A stretch of 53,274 nt of DNA from Selenomonadaceae bacterium (lineage in GTDB: Bacteria; Bacillota; Negativicutes; Selenomonadales; Selenomonadaceae): positions 1 through 53,274 of the forward strand of contig JAFQZB010000316.1 in the NCBI GenBank assembly GCA_017406175.1, in the 5' to 3' direction. The notes under the pieces were generated by a model. It had not been told where the DNA came from and searched no databases. It worked only from the letters and a program-made list of their open reading frames with translations. Made by a program: the position numbers and the translations under genes. This document shows, one piece after another, positions 1 through 8,570 of this stretch. Numbering within the stretch: the first letter of the stretch is position 1; every line of letters begins with the position of its first letter.

Positions 1-196
1 CATCCGCGAAACCGGAAGTGCCGAGATGCAGGCGATAGGTGCCGGAGCGCTGAACCAAGCGGTTAAAGCAGTTGCCATTGCACGCGGCTTCGTGGCACCG
101 CACGGCGTAGACCTCATCTGCATTCCTGCTTTTACGGACATTGAAATTGACGGGAGTGAACGAACTGCTATCAAACTCATAGTCGAACCGCGTTAA
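1..196 (+). CDS. spoVS: Stage V sporulation protein S (SpoVS), 5' end cut by the window edge
   Basis: The frame starting at nt 2 reads IRETGSAEMQAIGAGALNQAVKAVAIARGFVAPHGVDLICIPAFTDIEIDGSERTAIKLIVEPR*. This matches the highly conserved SpoVS C-terminal two thirds. TAA stop at 194-196. Confidence 0.85.
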   Translation, partial: IRETGSAEMQAIGAGALNQAVKAVAIARGFVAPHGVDLICIPAFTDIEIDGSERTAIKLIVEPR

Positions 197-268
197 TTCC
201 TCACTCCGCCAAAGGATTTATGAAGCCGTGAAGGTGAACATTGTCAAAAGTTACGGAGGTAAAGTCAA

Positions 269-1093
269 ATGGCCGGCGATTTGCACACCCATACGAATTT
301 TTCGGACGGGTCATATTCCCCCGAAGGACTCGTGGCGGCGGCGAAAAAAATCGGTCTCCACTATCTGGGTATTACCGATCATGACACGGTTGATGGTGTT
401 CGCCAGCTTTATGAAAACGGGCTTTATCCGGGAAGGGGCGTAAATATAATTCCTGGAATCGAGCTCAGTGCGAATCATCCAGAAAAAGACATTCACATTG
501 TCGGTTACAACATTGATATTTACAATGAAGCTCTTTTAGAAATGATTGATAAGATTATTGAGGCGCGTTGGGAGAGATTCAGCGAAATTATCCGTATACT
601 CCAAAACAAAAAGTACAATATTCGTGAGGCAGACGTTTTGAAAATCGCGGGCACAAGTCGTTCAATCGGACGGGCGCACATTGCCAGAACTTTGGTTAAG
701 GTTGGCACTTTCAAAACTGTCCGCGAGGTCTTTGAAAAGATGCTCGGCAAAGGTTGCCCCGCTTACGTGCCGCGCTATCAGCCCGAAGTCGACGAGATAG
801 TTGACGTTATTCATCAAGCGGGCGGCTTAGCGACGTTGGCTCACCCAAAACTTATCGGAGATGATGATCTTGTCGAGGAGCTGTGTAAAAAATTGGATGG
901 GCTGGAAGTCTACTACCCCTGCCACAAGCCCGAAGACACGCAACATTATTTCTTCCTTGCTAAGAAATATAATCTGCTGATAACGGGCGGAAGCGATTTT
1001 CACGGTACGTCTTCACGATTCGTAAACAATCTCGGCGAATTCACTATAAGCGACAAGCTTGCCGAAAAATTCTTTGCCGAGCCCGTCAACTAA
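269..1093 (+). CDS. PHP-domain metal-dependent phosphoesterase (TrpH/YciV-like)
   Basis: N-terminal DLHTHTNFSDGS motif and C-terminal GGSDFHG motif are typical of the PHP family. SD GGAGG lies 8 nt upstream of the ATG. Confidence 0.85.
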   Translation: MAGDLHTHTNFSDGSYSPEGLVAAAKKIGLHYLGITDHDTVDGVRQLYENGLYPGRGVNIIPGIELSANHPEKDIHIVGYNIDIYNEALLEMIDKIIEARWERFSEIIRILQNKKYNIREADVLKIAGTSRSIGRAHIARTLVKVGTFKTVREVFEKMLGKGCPAYVPRYQPEVDEIVDVIHQAGGLATLAHPKLIGDDDLVEELCKKLDGLEVYYPCHKPEDTQHYFFLAKKYNLLITGGSDFHGTSSRFVNNLGEFTISDKLAEKFFAEPVN

Positions 1094-1168
1094 TATTGAG
1101 CAACAAGATAATCCGTCTGCGAAATGCGGCGGGTTATTTTTTTGTCAGCTTATAATTGTATTAAAACC

Positions 1169-1197
1169 TTGCATATTTTTTTCAGATAAGATAGAAT
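1169..1197 (+). promoter_or_regulatory. Sigma70-type promoter for the 1232 gene
   Basis: TTGCAT (1169-1174), 17-nt spacer, TAGAAT (1192-1197), about 35 nt upstream of the start codon. Confidence 0.5.
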
Positions 1198-1231
1198 ACG
1201 CCTGAAAACATTCTAAATGAGGTGAGCGGCG

Positions 1232-1984
1232 TTGCGTAAAATTTTTTTCCTAACGGCACTGTTGATGATGATTCTGACGGCTACGGCTTTTGCCGAGGAG
1301 ACAACCGAAGCTAAAACTCCTGATGAACCTTCCGTTTCCGAGGAGGCAACCGAGCCTGAAGCCGAGATTCCCGAAGGTCCTTACGTTTACACGAGCGAGG
1401 ATTTCAAATACTCAATAACCTGCCCGTTTAAACCCCTTGCAGTTGTAGAAAATCCTTGGCAAGAAACCGATAAGCACGGTGAGATGTTAGTCTTCGTGAG
1501 TGAAGGTATCGATGTTCTTTACGGCTACATTATCCAGGTCGACGCCTTCGATACAAATGAGGTTCCCGACTTCAACAAAGGCTCTGTGATGGCTATCGGC
1601 GAGTATCTGAGCGGGCTAAAGAAGAATAACGGCTTCGGTGACGCAAGACTGGTGAACATTAACAAGAAAAATAAAGGCGTAGCCGCCGTGACTGCCGAAA
1701 AGATTGATGTCATCAATCCGGAGACGGGCGAGGTCGAAGGCGAATTTGTCGCTGACAAGCAGTACATTTATACTTTCTTCCGTACGCCTGAAGGTCGTTG
1801 CATAAGCATTCAGCTAATAAGCGCGAATCTCGATGATAAAATGTACGTTGATACCTATCGCGGTAGTGTCGCCAGCTTCAAGGACAATATCAAAGACAAG
1901 AAGTCCAAAAAGGATAAAGATAAGAAGTCTAAGAAGGACAAGGACAAGAAAGATAAAAAGAACAAGGATAAAGAAAAGAAATAA
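1232..1984 (+). CDS. Secreted protein of unknown function with a Lys/Asp-rich C-terminal tail
   Basis: TTG start after SD GAGGTGAG. Signal peptide MRKIFFLTALLMMILTATAFA. Tail KDKKSKKDKDKKSKKDKDKKDKKNKDKEKK. Confidence 0.6.
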   Translation: MRKIFFLTALLMMILTATAFAEETTEAKTPDEPSVSEEATEPEAEIPEGPYVYTSEDFKYSITCPFKPLAVVENPWQETDKHGEMLVFVSEGIDVLYGYIIQVDAFDTNEVPDFNKGSVMAIGEYLSGLKKNNGFGDARLVNINKKNKGVAAVTAEKIDVINPETGEVEGEFVADKQYIYTFFRTPEGRCISIQLISANLDDKMYVDTYRGSVASFKDNIKDKKSKKDKDKKSKKDKDKKDKKNKDKEKK

Positions 1985-1989
1985 TCTAG

Positions 1990-2018
1990 TTGACAAAGCA
2001 AACGCCGTGTGGTATAAG
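1990..2018 (+). promoter_or_regulatory. Sigma70-type promoter for tRNA-Gln
   Basis: TTGACA (1990-1995), 17-nt spacer, TATAAG (2013-2018). The tRNA 5' end lies 20 nt downstream. Confidence 0.55.
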
Positions 2019-2037
2019 TGACAACGGTTTTACTCAA

Positions 2038-2113
2038 AGGGGTATCGCCAAGTTGGTAAGGCACCAGACTCTGAATCTGGTATGCGTTGGTTCGAGTCCA
2101 GCTACCCCTGCCA
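2038..2113 (+). tRNA. tRNA-Gln (anticodon CUG), CCA encoded
   Basis: Cloverleaf read by hand. Acceptor AGGGGTA/TACCCCT. Anticodon stem CCAGA/TCTGG with loop CTCTGAA, giving anticodon CUG. T arm GTTGG-TTCGAGT-CCAGC. Discriminator G plus CCA. Overall very close to E. coli tRNA-Gln. Confidence 0.9.
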
Positions 2114-2127
2114 ATCTCGAAATTATT

Positions 2128-2160
2128 AAAAGCCTGCGTCTTAAACGGCGCGGGCTTTTT
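2128..2160 (+). terminator. Rho-independent terminator after tRNA-Gln
   Basis: AAAGCCTGCG...CGCGGGCTTTTT hairpin followed by a T-run. Confidence 0.6.
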
Positions 2161-2179
2161 GGATTTTAAAAAGGAGGTC

Positions 2180-2881
2180 ATGGGCATGGAAGAAACAATG
2201 GTATCGAGTTTTTCGGGAGCACTGAACTTTTTGGCATTGGGCTTGGGCGTCGTGCTATTATTCGCGGTGGCTTATCTATGGTCGAGCAACAGCAATAAGA
2301 CCGCCGAGCTTGAACGAATTCAATCAGAGCTTAAGCGCATGAAAAAAACTTTGACGGCGTTGCAAGAGAAGGTCAATCAGATACGGGAGCCAAAAGTTAT
2401 TTCGGAGGTTCCGCAAGCCGAGCCGTTCGGGTTGGATTTATCGGAGCCGCGAAGTTCGAGTATAACGCCGCTTGCGCCGCAAGACCCGTGGCTTAACTTC
2501 GTCGACGATTATAACAAGTTGGCGGAGGTCATGAAAAATCCGGGACAACTCATGAAATGTGAAAAATTTGTTCGGGAGCATAAGCTGAGGATTTTGACTT
2601 ACGGCGGGGCGATGACTTTCCGGACGGCAATCGACGTTAAGGACAGCAGCTATTGGGCGTTCAAGTGCGGGCTTGATGAATATGCGGTCGTTCCCAATCC
2701 GATGAACCCTTGCGACGAAGAACTGCACGAGCACGGCGGCATGAAGGAGATTTACGCGCTGAACTATCAAGACGGCGTTTATCGGAAGTACTTTGTTAAG
2801 TTGCCGGCGATTGTCAATTTGAACGGGGACGGCGTTTGGCAGATAAAAAATCCGGGCGTCGTTAATTTGGAGAGGAAATGA
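2180..2881 (+). CDS. Membrane-anchored coiled-coil protein, unknown function
   Basis: The ORF-track start at 2087 overlaps the tRNA. The ATG at 2180 follows SD AAGGAGG. One N-terminal TM segment (LNFLALGLGVVLLFAVAYLW), then a coiled coil. Confidence 0.6.
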   Translation: MGMEETMVSSFSGALNFLALGLGVVLLFAVAYLWSSNSNKTAELERIQSELKRMKKTLTALQEKVNQIREPKVISEVPQAEPFGLDLSEPRSSSITPLAPQDPWLNFVDDYNKLAEVMKNPGQLMKCEKFVREHKLRILTYGGAMTFRTAIDVKDSSYWAFKCGLDEYAVVPNPMNPCDEELHEHGGMKEIYALNYQDGVYRKYFVKLPAIVNLNGDGVWQIKNPGVVNLERK

Positions 2882-2882
2882 C

Positions 2883-3980
2883 ATGAAAAAGTTTTTTGCG
2901 ATGATGTGTGCACTAATGATATTGCTGACGGGTTGCGGCGAAGTCAAAGAAGTTCAAGCCGACATGTTGCCGCCGCTCGACCCAATCGAGGAGCAATTAA
3001 ACTCGATGACGCTGGAGGAAAAAGTTGGGCAGATGGTTATGGTTGGCGTCTATGGCACGGAGCTTAACGAGGACATAATTTATTCGTTGAATAACTTTCA
3101 CTTTGGCGGCGTTATTTTTTTTGATAGGAACCTTGAGAGCGTCGCGCAGGCTAAGAAGTTCGCTGAAGACATTGAGGCGGCGGCTAATCAGAAGGCTCCG
3201 CTGTTCTTTGCAATCGACGAGGAAGGCGGGCGCGTTGCTCGCGGCAGAGATTTTTTGGAAGTCGCCCCGTCTCAGGAAAGCATCGGTCAGAGCGGAGACC
3301 CAGCCAACGCAACTTATTGGGCTAAGCACAACGCGACGATTCTAAAAAGTATCGGCATGAACATAAACTTTGCGCCCGTGGCGGACGTTGGTAGCCGTGA
3401 TACTCGTTCCTTCGGTGACGACCCGCAACTTGTAGCCCAATTTGTCGACGCCGCCGCGCAGGGTTACGAGGCTGAAACCTTTCTTTACACGCTGAAGCAT
3501 TTCCCTGGCATCGGCAAAAGCAAGATTGACCCGCACAAAGAAGTTTCCAGCGTCGAGGACAGCAAAGCAGTTTTGGACGTCGAAGACTTGCCGACGTTCA
3601 AAAAAGTTATTCGCGAACACGACAACTCAAGATTTATGATTATGGTCGGGCATTTGAGATACGACGCATTAGACCCCGTGAACTCGGCGAGCCTGTCCCC
3701 TGCCGTCATGACTGGGCTTTTGCGCAACGAGCTGGGCTTTAGCGGCGTGGTGATTACCGACGATTTGGAGATGGGCGCGATTAAGAACCATACGGACTTG
3801 GCTAGCTTGGGCGTGCAGATGATTAAGGCGGGCGGCGATATTGCGCTTGTCTGCCACAACTACGAGAGCCAGCAGATTGTTTATAACAGCATACTTGCGG
3901 CGGTTCAGCGCGGCGAAATTTCCGAACAACGCATTAATGAATCCGTCCGCCGAATTTTACGCATGAAGGCGCATTTGTAA
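2883..3980 (+). CDS. Glycoside hydrolase family 3 beta-N-acetylhexosaminidase (NagZ-like) lipoprotein
   Basis: Lipobox LLTGC. GH3 motifs GGVIFFDRN, FAIDEEGGRV and KHFPGIG. Confidence 0.8.
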   Translation: MKKFFAMMCALMILLTGCGEVKEVQADMLPPLDPIEEQLNSMTLEEKVGQMVMVGVYGTELNEDIIYSLNNFHFGGVIFFDRNLESVAQAKKFAEDIEAAANQKAPLFFAIDEEGGRVARGRDFLEVAPSQESIGQSGDPANATYWAKHNATILKSIGMNINFAPVADVGSRDTRSFGDDPQLVAQFVDAAAQGYEAETFLYTLKHFPGIGKSKIDPHKEVSSVEDSKAVLDVEDLPTFKKVIREHDNSRFMIMVGHLRYDALDPVNSASLSPAVMTGLLRNELGFSGVVITDDLEMGAIKNHTDLASLGVQMIKAGGDIALVCHNYESQQIVYNSILAAVQRGEISEQRINESVRRILRMKAHL

Positions 3981-3995
3981 TGGGAGGCGATTGTT

Positions 3996-4289
3996 ATGTT
4001 GCGGCATATTTTTATCGGGACGTTCAAGGCGGACATAAGCGGCGCAATTAAAAGCAAAGTTCTTGTCGACTTGCGGGCAATGCGTAGGAAAATCCCCGGC
4101 ATCATCTCGTTGGATGCAAACTTCAGCACGGGTTGGGTCGGCAGTGAAAATTCCGTCGTCATGACCGTTGACTTCGCGACCAAGGAAGACTTTGATAATT
4201 ACATGGCGCACCCTTACCACGTTGACCACGTTGCGAAATTGGGCGAAGCTTATATTGCCAGCTACGTTGTCGCGCAGTTCGAGTTATGA
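3996..4289 (+). CDS. Dabb-family stress-responsive alpha/beta-barrel protein
   Basis: 97 aa, MLRHIFIGTFK...DFDNYMAHPYHVDHV, typical of the Dabb domain. Confidence 0.7.
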   Translation: MLRHIFIGTFKADISGAIKSKVLVDLRAMRRKIPGIISLDANFSTGWVGSENSVVMTVDFATKEDFDNYMAHPYHVDHVAKLGEAYIASYVVAQFEL

Positions 4290-5032
4290 TAGTTTCAATC
4301 GCACAATTCAAATCGGAGCTTGGCAAGGTCTACGAAAATTTTTCTACGGCGGCAAGGCTAATCGAGGCGGCGCAGGGTTCGGACGTGATACTTTTGCCGG
4401 AGCTTTGGTCGACGGACTATTACCCCACGCCAGTTGAGACTTTCGCGGACATTGACGGCATTAAAACTAAAGAATTTCTCTGCGCGGCGGCTAAAAGGTT
4501 CAACGTGAACATAATCGGCGGCTCAGTCATTGTCCAAAGCGGCGGGAAGATTTTCAATCGTTGCCACGTCGTCAATCGTCGCGGGGAAATCGTCGCGGCT
4601 TACGACAAAACGCACCTGTTCAGCTTTGCGGGCGAGGATAAAGTTTTCAATGCAGGCGATAAGGTTTCTGTCGTGACTTTGGACGGCGTTTGTTGTGGCG
4701 TGGCGATTTGCTATGACCTGCGTTTTCCCGAATTCATAAGGAAGATTGCGCTGGCGGGTGCGGAAATTATCTTTATCCCTGCCGCCTGGAGCTTAAAACG
4801 TTTGACGCCGCGACAGATTTTAACTAAAGCGCGGGCGATTGAGAATCAAGCCTTCGTGGTCTTCGCGAACTCGTCTGGCAAATCAGAGGTCGTCAATCCC
4901 CGCGGCGAAGTCATTGCCGAAAGCGGGCGCGGCGAAGAACTTTTGACGGCGCAAATCAATCTAGACGAACGCGCAAAAGTTATCGCAACTATGAATCTCC
5001 TTGCCGATAGGAATTTGAGCGTTGACGCATGA
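4286..5032 (+). CDS. Carbon-nitrogen hydrolase family protein (nitrilase/amidase superfamily)
   Basis: LPELW (catalytic Glu region), YDKTHLF (Lys) and ICYDLRFPE (Cys) motifs. ATGA overlap with the upstream gene. Confidence 0.8.
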   Translation: MIVSIAQFKSELGKVYENFSTAARLIEAAQGSDVILLPELWSTDYYPTPVETFADIDGIKTKEFLCAAAKRFNVNIIGGSVIVQSGGKIFNRCHVVNRRGEIVAAYDKTHLFSFAGEDKVFNAGDKVSVVTLDGVCCGVAICYDLRFPEFIRKIALAGAEIIFIPAAWSLKRLTPRQILTKARAIENQAFVVFANSSGKSEVVNPRGEVIAESGRGEELLTAQINLDERAKVIATMNLLADRNLSVDA

Positions 5033-5060
5033 AAATAGAGCCGCGACTTTTGCCGTGGCT
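5031..5060 (-). terminator. Rho-independent terminator on the minus strand
   Basis: On the minus strand: GAGCCACG-GCAAAAGT-CGCGGCTC followed by TATTTT. The same hairpin on the plus strand lacks a T-run. Confidence 0.55.
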
Positions 5061-5067
5061 CCAGAAT

Positions 5068-5258
5068 GTGTAGGCTTTGTTTTGACGTAGTTCGCGGGTT
5101 CATCTTCGAGCTACGTTTTTTTTGTCCCAGACGTTTCTTAAGACTTGGGGAAGTCCTAAGCTGTGTAGGATTTCTGCGACGGACTCGCGGGTTCATCTTC
5201 GAGCCGCGCCGCCTGCCGTAGAACGAGCTACCTGCTTGAGACTTGGGGAAGAATCTAG
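5068..5258. repeat. Two tandem ~95-98-bp repeat units inside the candidate ncRNA
   Basis: GTGTAGG..CGCGGGTTCATCTTCGAGC.. occurs at 5068 and 5163. GACTTGGGGAAG occurs at 5142 and 5240. Confidence 0.8.
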
Positions 5259-5533
5259 GCGGGCTTCTCGTCCCTTAGATTTTACGACGTTGCTTTGACG
5301 ATTCGCATAAAAGGTACCGGCATCAGCTGATCAAGCTTTAGGTGAGCCGCCGCCTTTCTGCGAGCCTTTCAAGCTCCCAAGCGTCGAAATATATAAACCT
5401 GCTCCGAACATTCGCGGGCAAGGGTAACCTGGAAAGCCGAACCCAATCGCTTGAGTTCTCTGGGCGGGCGAGTGATCAAATCGCCGCCTTCAAAAGTCAA
5501 TCGGCTAGGACTTTTGCCCTAAGCCGCCGTGAT

Positions 5534-5561
5534 TTTATAACCAATATCCCTTTCGTGTCAA
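5534..5561 (-). promoter_or_regulatory. Sigma70-type promoter driving the candidate ncRNA
   Basis: On the minus strand: TTGACA (5561-5556), 16-nt spacer, TATAAA (5539-5534). It lies immediately downstream of the recX stop. Confidence 0.55.
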
Positions 5562-5587
5562 TACTTTAAATGAAACCGCCCTGAACG

Positions 5588-6046
5588 TCATTCCTCCTGC
5601 AAAAAGTTTTCGATAGCCGACGAGATAACATCTCCACCGAAGCCACGAGCTACTAAGAATTGCCACGCCTTAGCCTTGAAGGTCTTATCGTCCTTCCGCT
5701 TGAATTTCTTTTCCAGCAGACGAGTCGCTGCTAAGCGTTCGTGTTCGTCGGCGTCGTCGGGGATAAGCTGTTCGATAAAATTTTTGTCAAAGCCGCGTTG
5801 CATAAGCTTGTAGACAATCTGCCGCACACTTAGCTTGCCTTCCTCGTAGAGATTTTCAAACTGCCGCCGGCACGTTTCCTCATCGTCCAGGTAATTAGCC
5901 TTCTTGAGCTTGTCAATCGCCTCGTCGACTTCTGCGGCGTCATACTTCCTTATAAGCAACTTCCGCCTTAGGACTGTCGAGCTTTGGTCTTGTCGTGCTA
6001 GCAAGTCTGTTGCCTTCTGCAGGGCGGTTTTGTTTTGCTTAATCAT
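5588..6046 (-). CDS. recX: Recombination regulator RecX
   Basis: RecX-like repeats ([16 protein letters not shown]..., [15 protein letters not shown]..., [14 protein letters not shown]). The ATG at 6046 overlaps the recA stop in ATGATTAA. The longer ORF-track start at 6106 lies inside recA. Confidence 0.8.
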   Translation of the reverse strand: MIKQNKTALQKATDLLARQDQSSTVLRRKLLIRKYDAAEVDEAIDKLKKANYLDDEETCRRQFENLYEEGKLSVRQIVYKLMQRGFDKNFIEQLIPDDADEHERLAATRLLEKKFKRKDDKTFKAKAWQFLVARGFGGDVISSAIENFLQEE

Positions 6047-7100
6047 TTTCGTTAAAAGTCTCCGCGTCTGCGAAGTCTTCCTCCGTATCATTTTCCGTCG
6101 TCTCAATCGGCTTTATCGACTTCAACGCCGCCTCTTGAATCTTGTCTTCAATCTCTTTTGCTAGGTCGGGGTGTTCGGTCAAATATTTCTTAGTGTTCTC
6201 CTTGCCGTTGCCGAGCTTCGCGCCGTTGTAGTAGATGTACGCGCCCGCCTTGCTTAGTATGTCGAACGCAACGCCCATATCGATAACGCTACTTAGTTGC
6301 GAATAACCCTCGCCGTAAATCAAATCGAACTCGGCGGCACGGAAAGGCGGCGCAACTTTATTCTTTGAAACTTTCATCTTGACGCGATTGCCGACAATCT
6401 CCGAGCCTTGCTTAATCGGTTCACCCTTCCTGACCTCAAGCCGAATCGTCGAATAGAATTTCAAGGCGCGTCCGCCCGTCGTGACTTCTGGACTGCCGAA
6501 CATAACTCCGACCTTTTCGCGAACCTGATTGATAAAGACAACGATTGTATCCGTCTTGCTAATGACGCCCGCCATTTTACGCATCGCCTTGCTCATCATT
6601 CGTGCGTGCAGTCCAACTTGAGCATCGCCCATTTCGCCATCAATCTCACTCTTTGGCACGAGCGCGGCGACCGAATCAACGACGATAATATCAACGGCAC
6701 CAGAGCGAACCAGCGTTTCTACAATGTCTAGCCCTTGTTCGCCGGTGTCGGGTTGCGAGAGCAGAAGATTATCTACGTCGACGCCGAGCCGCTTTGCATA
6801 CGCAGGGTCAAGGGCGTGTTCCGCGTCTATAAAAGCCGCCGTGCCGCCTTGACGTTGAACCGCGGCTATCATGTGCAAAGTAACTGTCGTCTTGCCGCCA
6901 GCTTCGGGTCCGTAAATCTCGGTTATCCTGCCGCGTGGAAGTCCGCCGACCCCCAACGCAATGTCCAGAGGCAAAATCCCCGTAGACAACGCTTTAATAT
7001 CTTTGCGCGTCGTGTCGTCGCCCAGCCGCATGATTGCCCCTTTGCCGAATTGCTTTTCGATATTCTTTAATGCCGCCGCTAATGCTTCTTGCTTCGTCAT
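6039..7100 (-). CDS. recA: Recombinase RecA
   Basis: Canonical RecA sequence: [17 protein letters not shown], Walker [20 protein letters not shown]. Confidence 0.97.
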   Translation of the reverse strand: MTKQEALAAALKNIEKQFGKGAIMRLGDDTTRKDIKALSTGILPLDIALGVGGLPRGRITEIYGPEAGGKTTVTLHMIAAVQRQGGTAAFIDAEHALDPAYAKRLGVDVDNLLLSQPDTGEQGLDIVETLVRSGAVDIIVVDSVAALVPKSEIDGEMGDAQVGLHARMMSKAMRKMAGVISKTDTIVVFINQVREKVGVMFGSPEVTTGGRALKFYSTIRLEVRKGEPIKQGSEIVGNRVKMKVSKNKVAPPFRAAEFDLIYGEGYSQLSSVIDMGVAFDILSKAGAYIYYNGAKLGNGKENTKKYLTEHPDLAKEIEDKIQEAALKSIKPIETTENDTEEDFADAETFNEND

Positions 7101-7135
7101 GATTGCGCTCCTTTATCATCTTATTTTTGCCGTGA

Positions 7136-7164
7136 TTATATCAAAGAGCCGTGTGATTGTAAAA
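7136..7164 (-). promoter_or_regulatory. Sigma70-type promoter for recA
   Basis: On the minus strand: TTTACA (7164-7159), 17-nt spacer, TATAAT (7141-7136). Confidence 0.6.
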
Positions 7165-7172
7165 CGACAACA

Positions 7173-7204
7173 AAAAAGACCGCCGAACTTCTGCTCCGCA
7201 GTCT
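7173..7204 (-). terminator. Terminator after the 64-aa gene
   Basis: On the minus strand: GACUGCGGAGC-AGAA-GUUCGGCGGUC hairpin (with G-U pairs and one mismatch) followed by U6. Confidence 0.45.
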
Positions 7205-7225
7205 TAAACAACTAGCTCTTTCCAA

Positions 7226-7414
7226 TTAAGCAAGCCCGCGTTCCTTAGCCGCCTTCATGTAGCCCTGATAACGTGCACTGCTAGGACTTCTGCGCCAACG
7301 CCTAAGTTCTTCGCGCAACTCTTCGCGGCTCATGCTCATTCCTTCGCGATAGTATTCTTGAATTTTTTCTGCCCATTCCGTTCCTTTGTTATACAAGTCG
7401 CTGAAAAATCCCAT
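7226..7414 (-). CDS. Small hypothetical protein (62 aa from the ATG at 7414)
   Basis: SD AGGAGG lies 8 nt upstream of the ATG at 7414. Helical, charged sequence with no recognisable family. Confidence 0.5.
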   Translation of the reverse strand: MGFFSDLYNKGTEWAEKIQEYYREGMSMSREELREELRRWRRSPSSARYQGYMKAAKERGLA

Positions 7415-7430
7415 AAACAATTCCTCCTAA

Positions 7431-7498
7431 CCTTTGCTGACCTTGATTCTATTCTGCCCATATTCGACGCTGTAGCGTTTGCCGCAAACAGGACAACT
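7431..7498. repeat. 68-bp remnant copy of the 3' half of the zinc-ribbon gene at 7895-8056
   Basis: Aligns with 7899-7966 at most positions. On the minus strand it encodes ..SCPVCGKRYSVEYGQNRIKVSKG* but has no start codon or N-terminal CxxC. Confidence 0.8.
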
Positions 7499-7503
7499 AA
7501 TCG

Positions 7504-7854
7504 TTAATCTTCGTCGTCCTCATCGTTTTCTTCATACAAACTTTCATAAGCAACCTCAGAAATAACGATTTCATAATTATCGCGTGTTCCGTCCTGGTAA
7601 TCATCGAAGCCGAAAAACAAAGCCCTATAGCCCATGAAACGTCCGCGTCTATTATCTTTTGGGGGAACAAGAGACTCCTCCAACGTCTTGCGGAGATTTA
7701 AGCTCAATTCGTTCGGGCGAACCCTTGCCACGTAGAAAGTATCGTTAGCTCTTACGCCTAAATATTCTTCCATCTTCCATTTCCCGAATCTGACTACATT
7801 ACTGCTCCTCATAAAAAGTTTTTCAACAAGTTCCATTTGATTATTCGTCATCAT
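7504..7854 (-). CDS. Hypothetical protein with an acidic C-terminal tail (116 aa)
   Basis: SD AAGGAGG upstream of ATGATG. Tail EENDEDDED. No family recognised. Confidence 0.55.
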   Translation of the reverse strand: MMTNNQMELVEKLFMRSSNVVRFGKWKMEEYLGVRANDTFYVARVRPNELSLNLRKTLEESLVPPKDNRRGRFMGYRALFFGFDDYQDGTRDNYEIVISEVAYESLYEENDEDDED

Positions 7855-7894
7855 TTGACCTCCTTAAATAAACAACAAGTCAATGCGTCTTTTA

Positions 7895-8056
7895 TTATCC
7901 TTTGCTGACTTTAAGCTTGCCTTGCCCGTATTCGACGCTATAGCGTTTGCCGCAACTGGGACAACTGCCGCCGGTGTGTTGGGGTCGCGGCGTGTCGATT
8001 GGGTATGAACCGAGCTTACGCCCGCAGTGCGGACAATTCACGCTCTTTGAAGCCAT
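7895..8056 (-). CDS. Small zinc-ribbon protein (53 aa), below the ORF-track cutoff
   Basis: Hand translation gives MASKSVNCPHCGRKLGSYPIDTPRPQHTGGSCPSCGKRYSVEYGQGKLKVSKG*, with two CxxC pairs. SD AAGGAG upstream. It starts 6 nt after the XRE gene stop. Confidence 0.6.
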   Translation of the reverse strand: MASKSVNCPHCGRKLGSYPIDTPRPQHTGGSCPSCGKRYSVEYGQGKLKVSKG

Positions 8057-8061
8057 ATACA

Positions 8062-8433
8062 TCACTCCTTCTTGCCGGAAAATATTTTGTCTGCCTTCTC
8101 GAATTGCTCAAGCATTTTATCCATATCTTCGTTGAGTTTTTTTATCTCCTCGAACGTATCTTTCATGTCGCTCCAAAAATTTTTCAAGTCCGATTTGTAA
8201 ATGCCGTCAATATCAGTGAGCAAAGCCAATTCCACGTCCAACGCTCTGGAAATCCTTATCAGCATTGGCAGAGAGATTGTTTTATTTGTGGAAGCGTTCT
8301 CGATTTGCGACAGATAGTTTTTATTTATGTTCAGCTTGTCGGCGAGTTCTGCTTGGGTCATGTTCCTCAGCTTGCGAAAGCCTGCGATACGCATTCCGAT
8401 ACAGCGCATTTCGGCTTGAAAATCTTCCTTCAT
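8062..8433 (-). CDS. XRE-family helix-turn-helix transcriptional regulator
   Basis: IAGFRKLRNMTQAELADKLNINKNYLSQIE is a classic HTH_3/XRE motif. C-terminal coiled coil. Confidence 0.85.
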   Translation of the reverse strand: MKEDFQAEMRCIGMRIAGFRKLRNMTQAELADKLNINKNYLSQIENASTNKTISLPMLIRISRALDVELALLTDIDGIYKSDLKNFWSDMKDTFEEIKKLNEDMDKMLEQFEKADKIFSGKKE

Positions 8434-8570
8434 GTGTTCTCCTCCCGACCTTTGTTTGATAAATATTCTACCAAAAATTTCCCCGTTGTCGATTAACTGA
8501 AAGTCGTATTCCTACACCCTTTAGATACACTTTAACAAAAAAGCCCCCGCACAGGGAGCTTAGATAATCT

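Larger units (their letters stand above)
5031..5527 (-). ncRNA. Candidate ~500-nt non-coding RNA, unclassified
   Basis: Bounded by its own strong promoter (5534-5561) and a minus-strand terminator (5031-5060). No credible ORF on either strand. Several local hairpins and a ~95-bp internal tandem repeat. Confidence 0.4.

Noticed and set aside
5031-5527. I considered whether the candidate RNA is tmRNA (ssrA) or RNase P RNA (rnpB).
   Set aside because: AAAGUCC and AGAUGAA-like strings are present. There is no tRNA-like acceptor/T-arm (GGUUCGA...CCA) and no plausible Ala-ending tag ORF. The RNase P conserved regions (GAGGAAAGUCC, GGUAAGAGC, ACAGAA..GGCUUA) are missing. I left it unclassified.
5342-5569. 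The 75-aa plus-strand ORF in the recX-proximal gap, and the 116-aa minus-strand ORF at 4846-5196.
   Set aside because: Both are low-complexity Ser/Arg/Lys-rich translations without an SD. One is antisense to the promoter-terminator unit, and the other overlaps the C-N hydrolase gene and simply translates the tandem repeat.
7186-7197. GAACTTCTGCTC upstream of recA as a Cheo/LexA box (GAAC-N4-GTTC).
   Set aside because: It has one mismatch in the second half-site. It lies upstream of the -35 box and forms part of the preceding gene's terminator hairpin. This is not enough to call an SOS operator.
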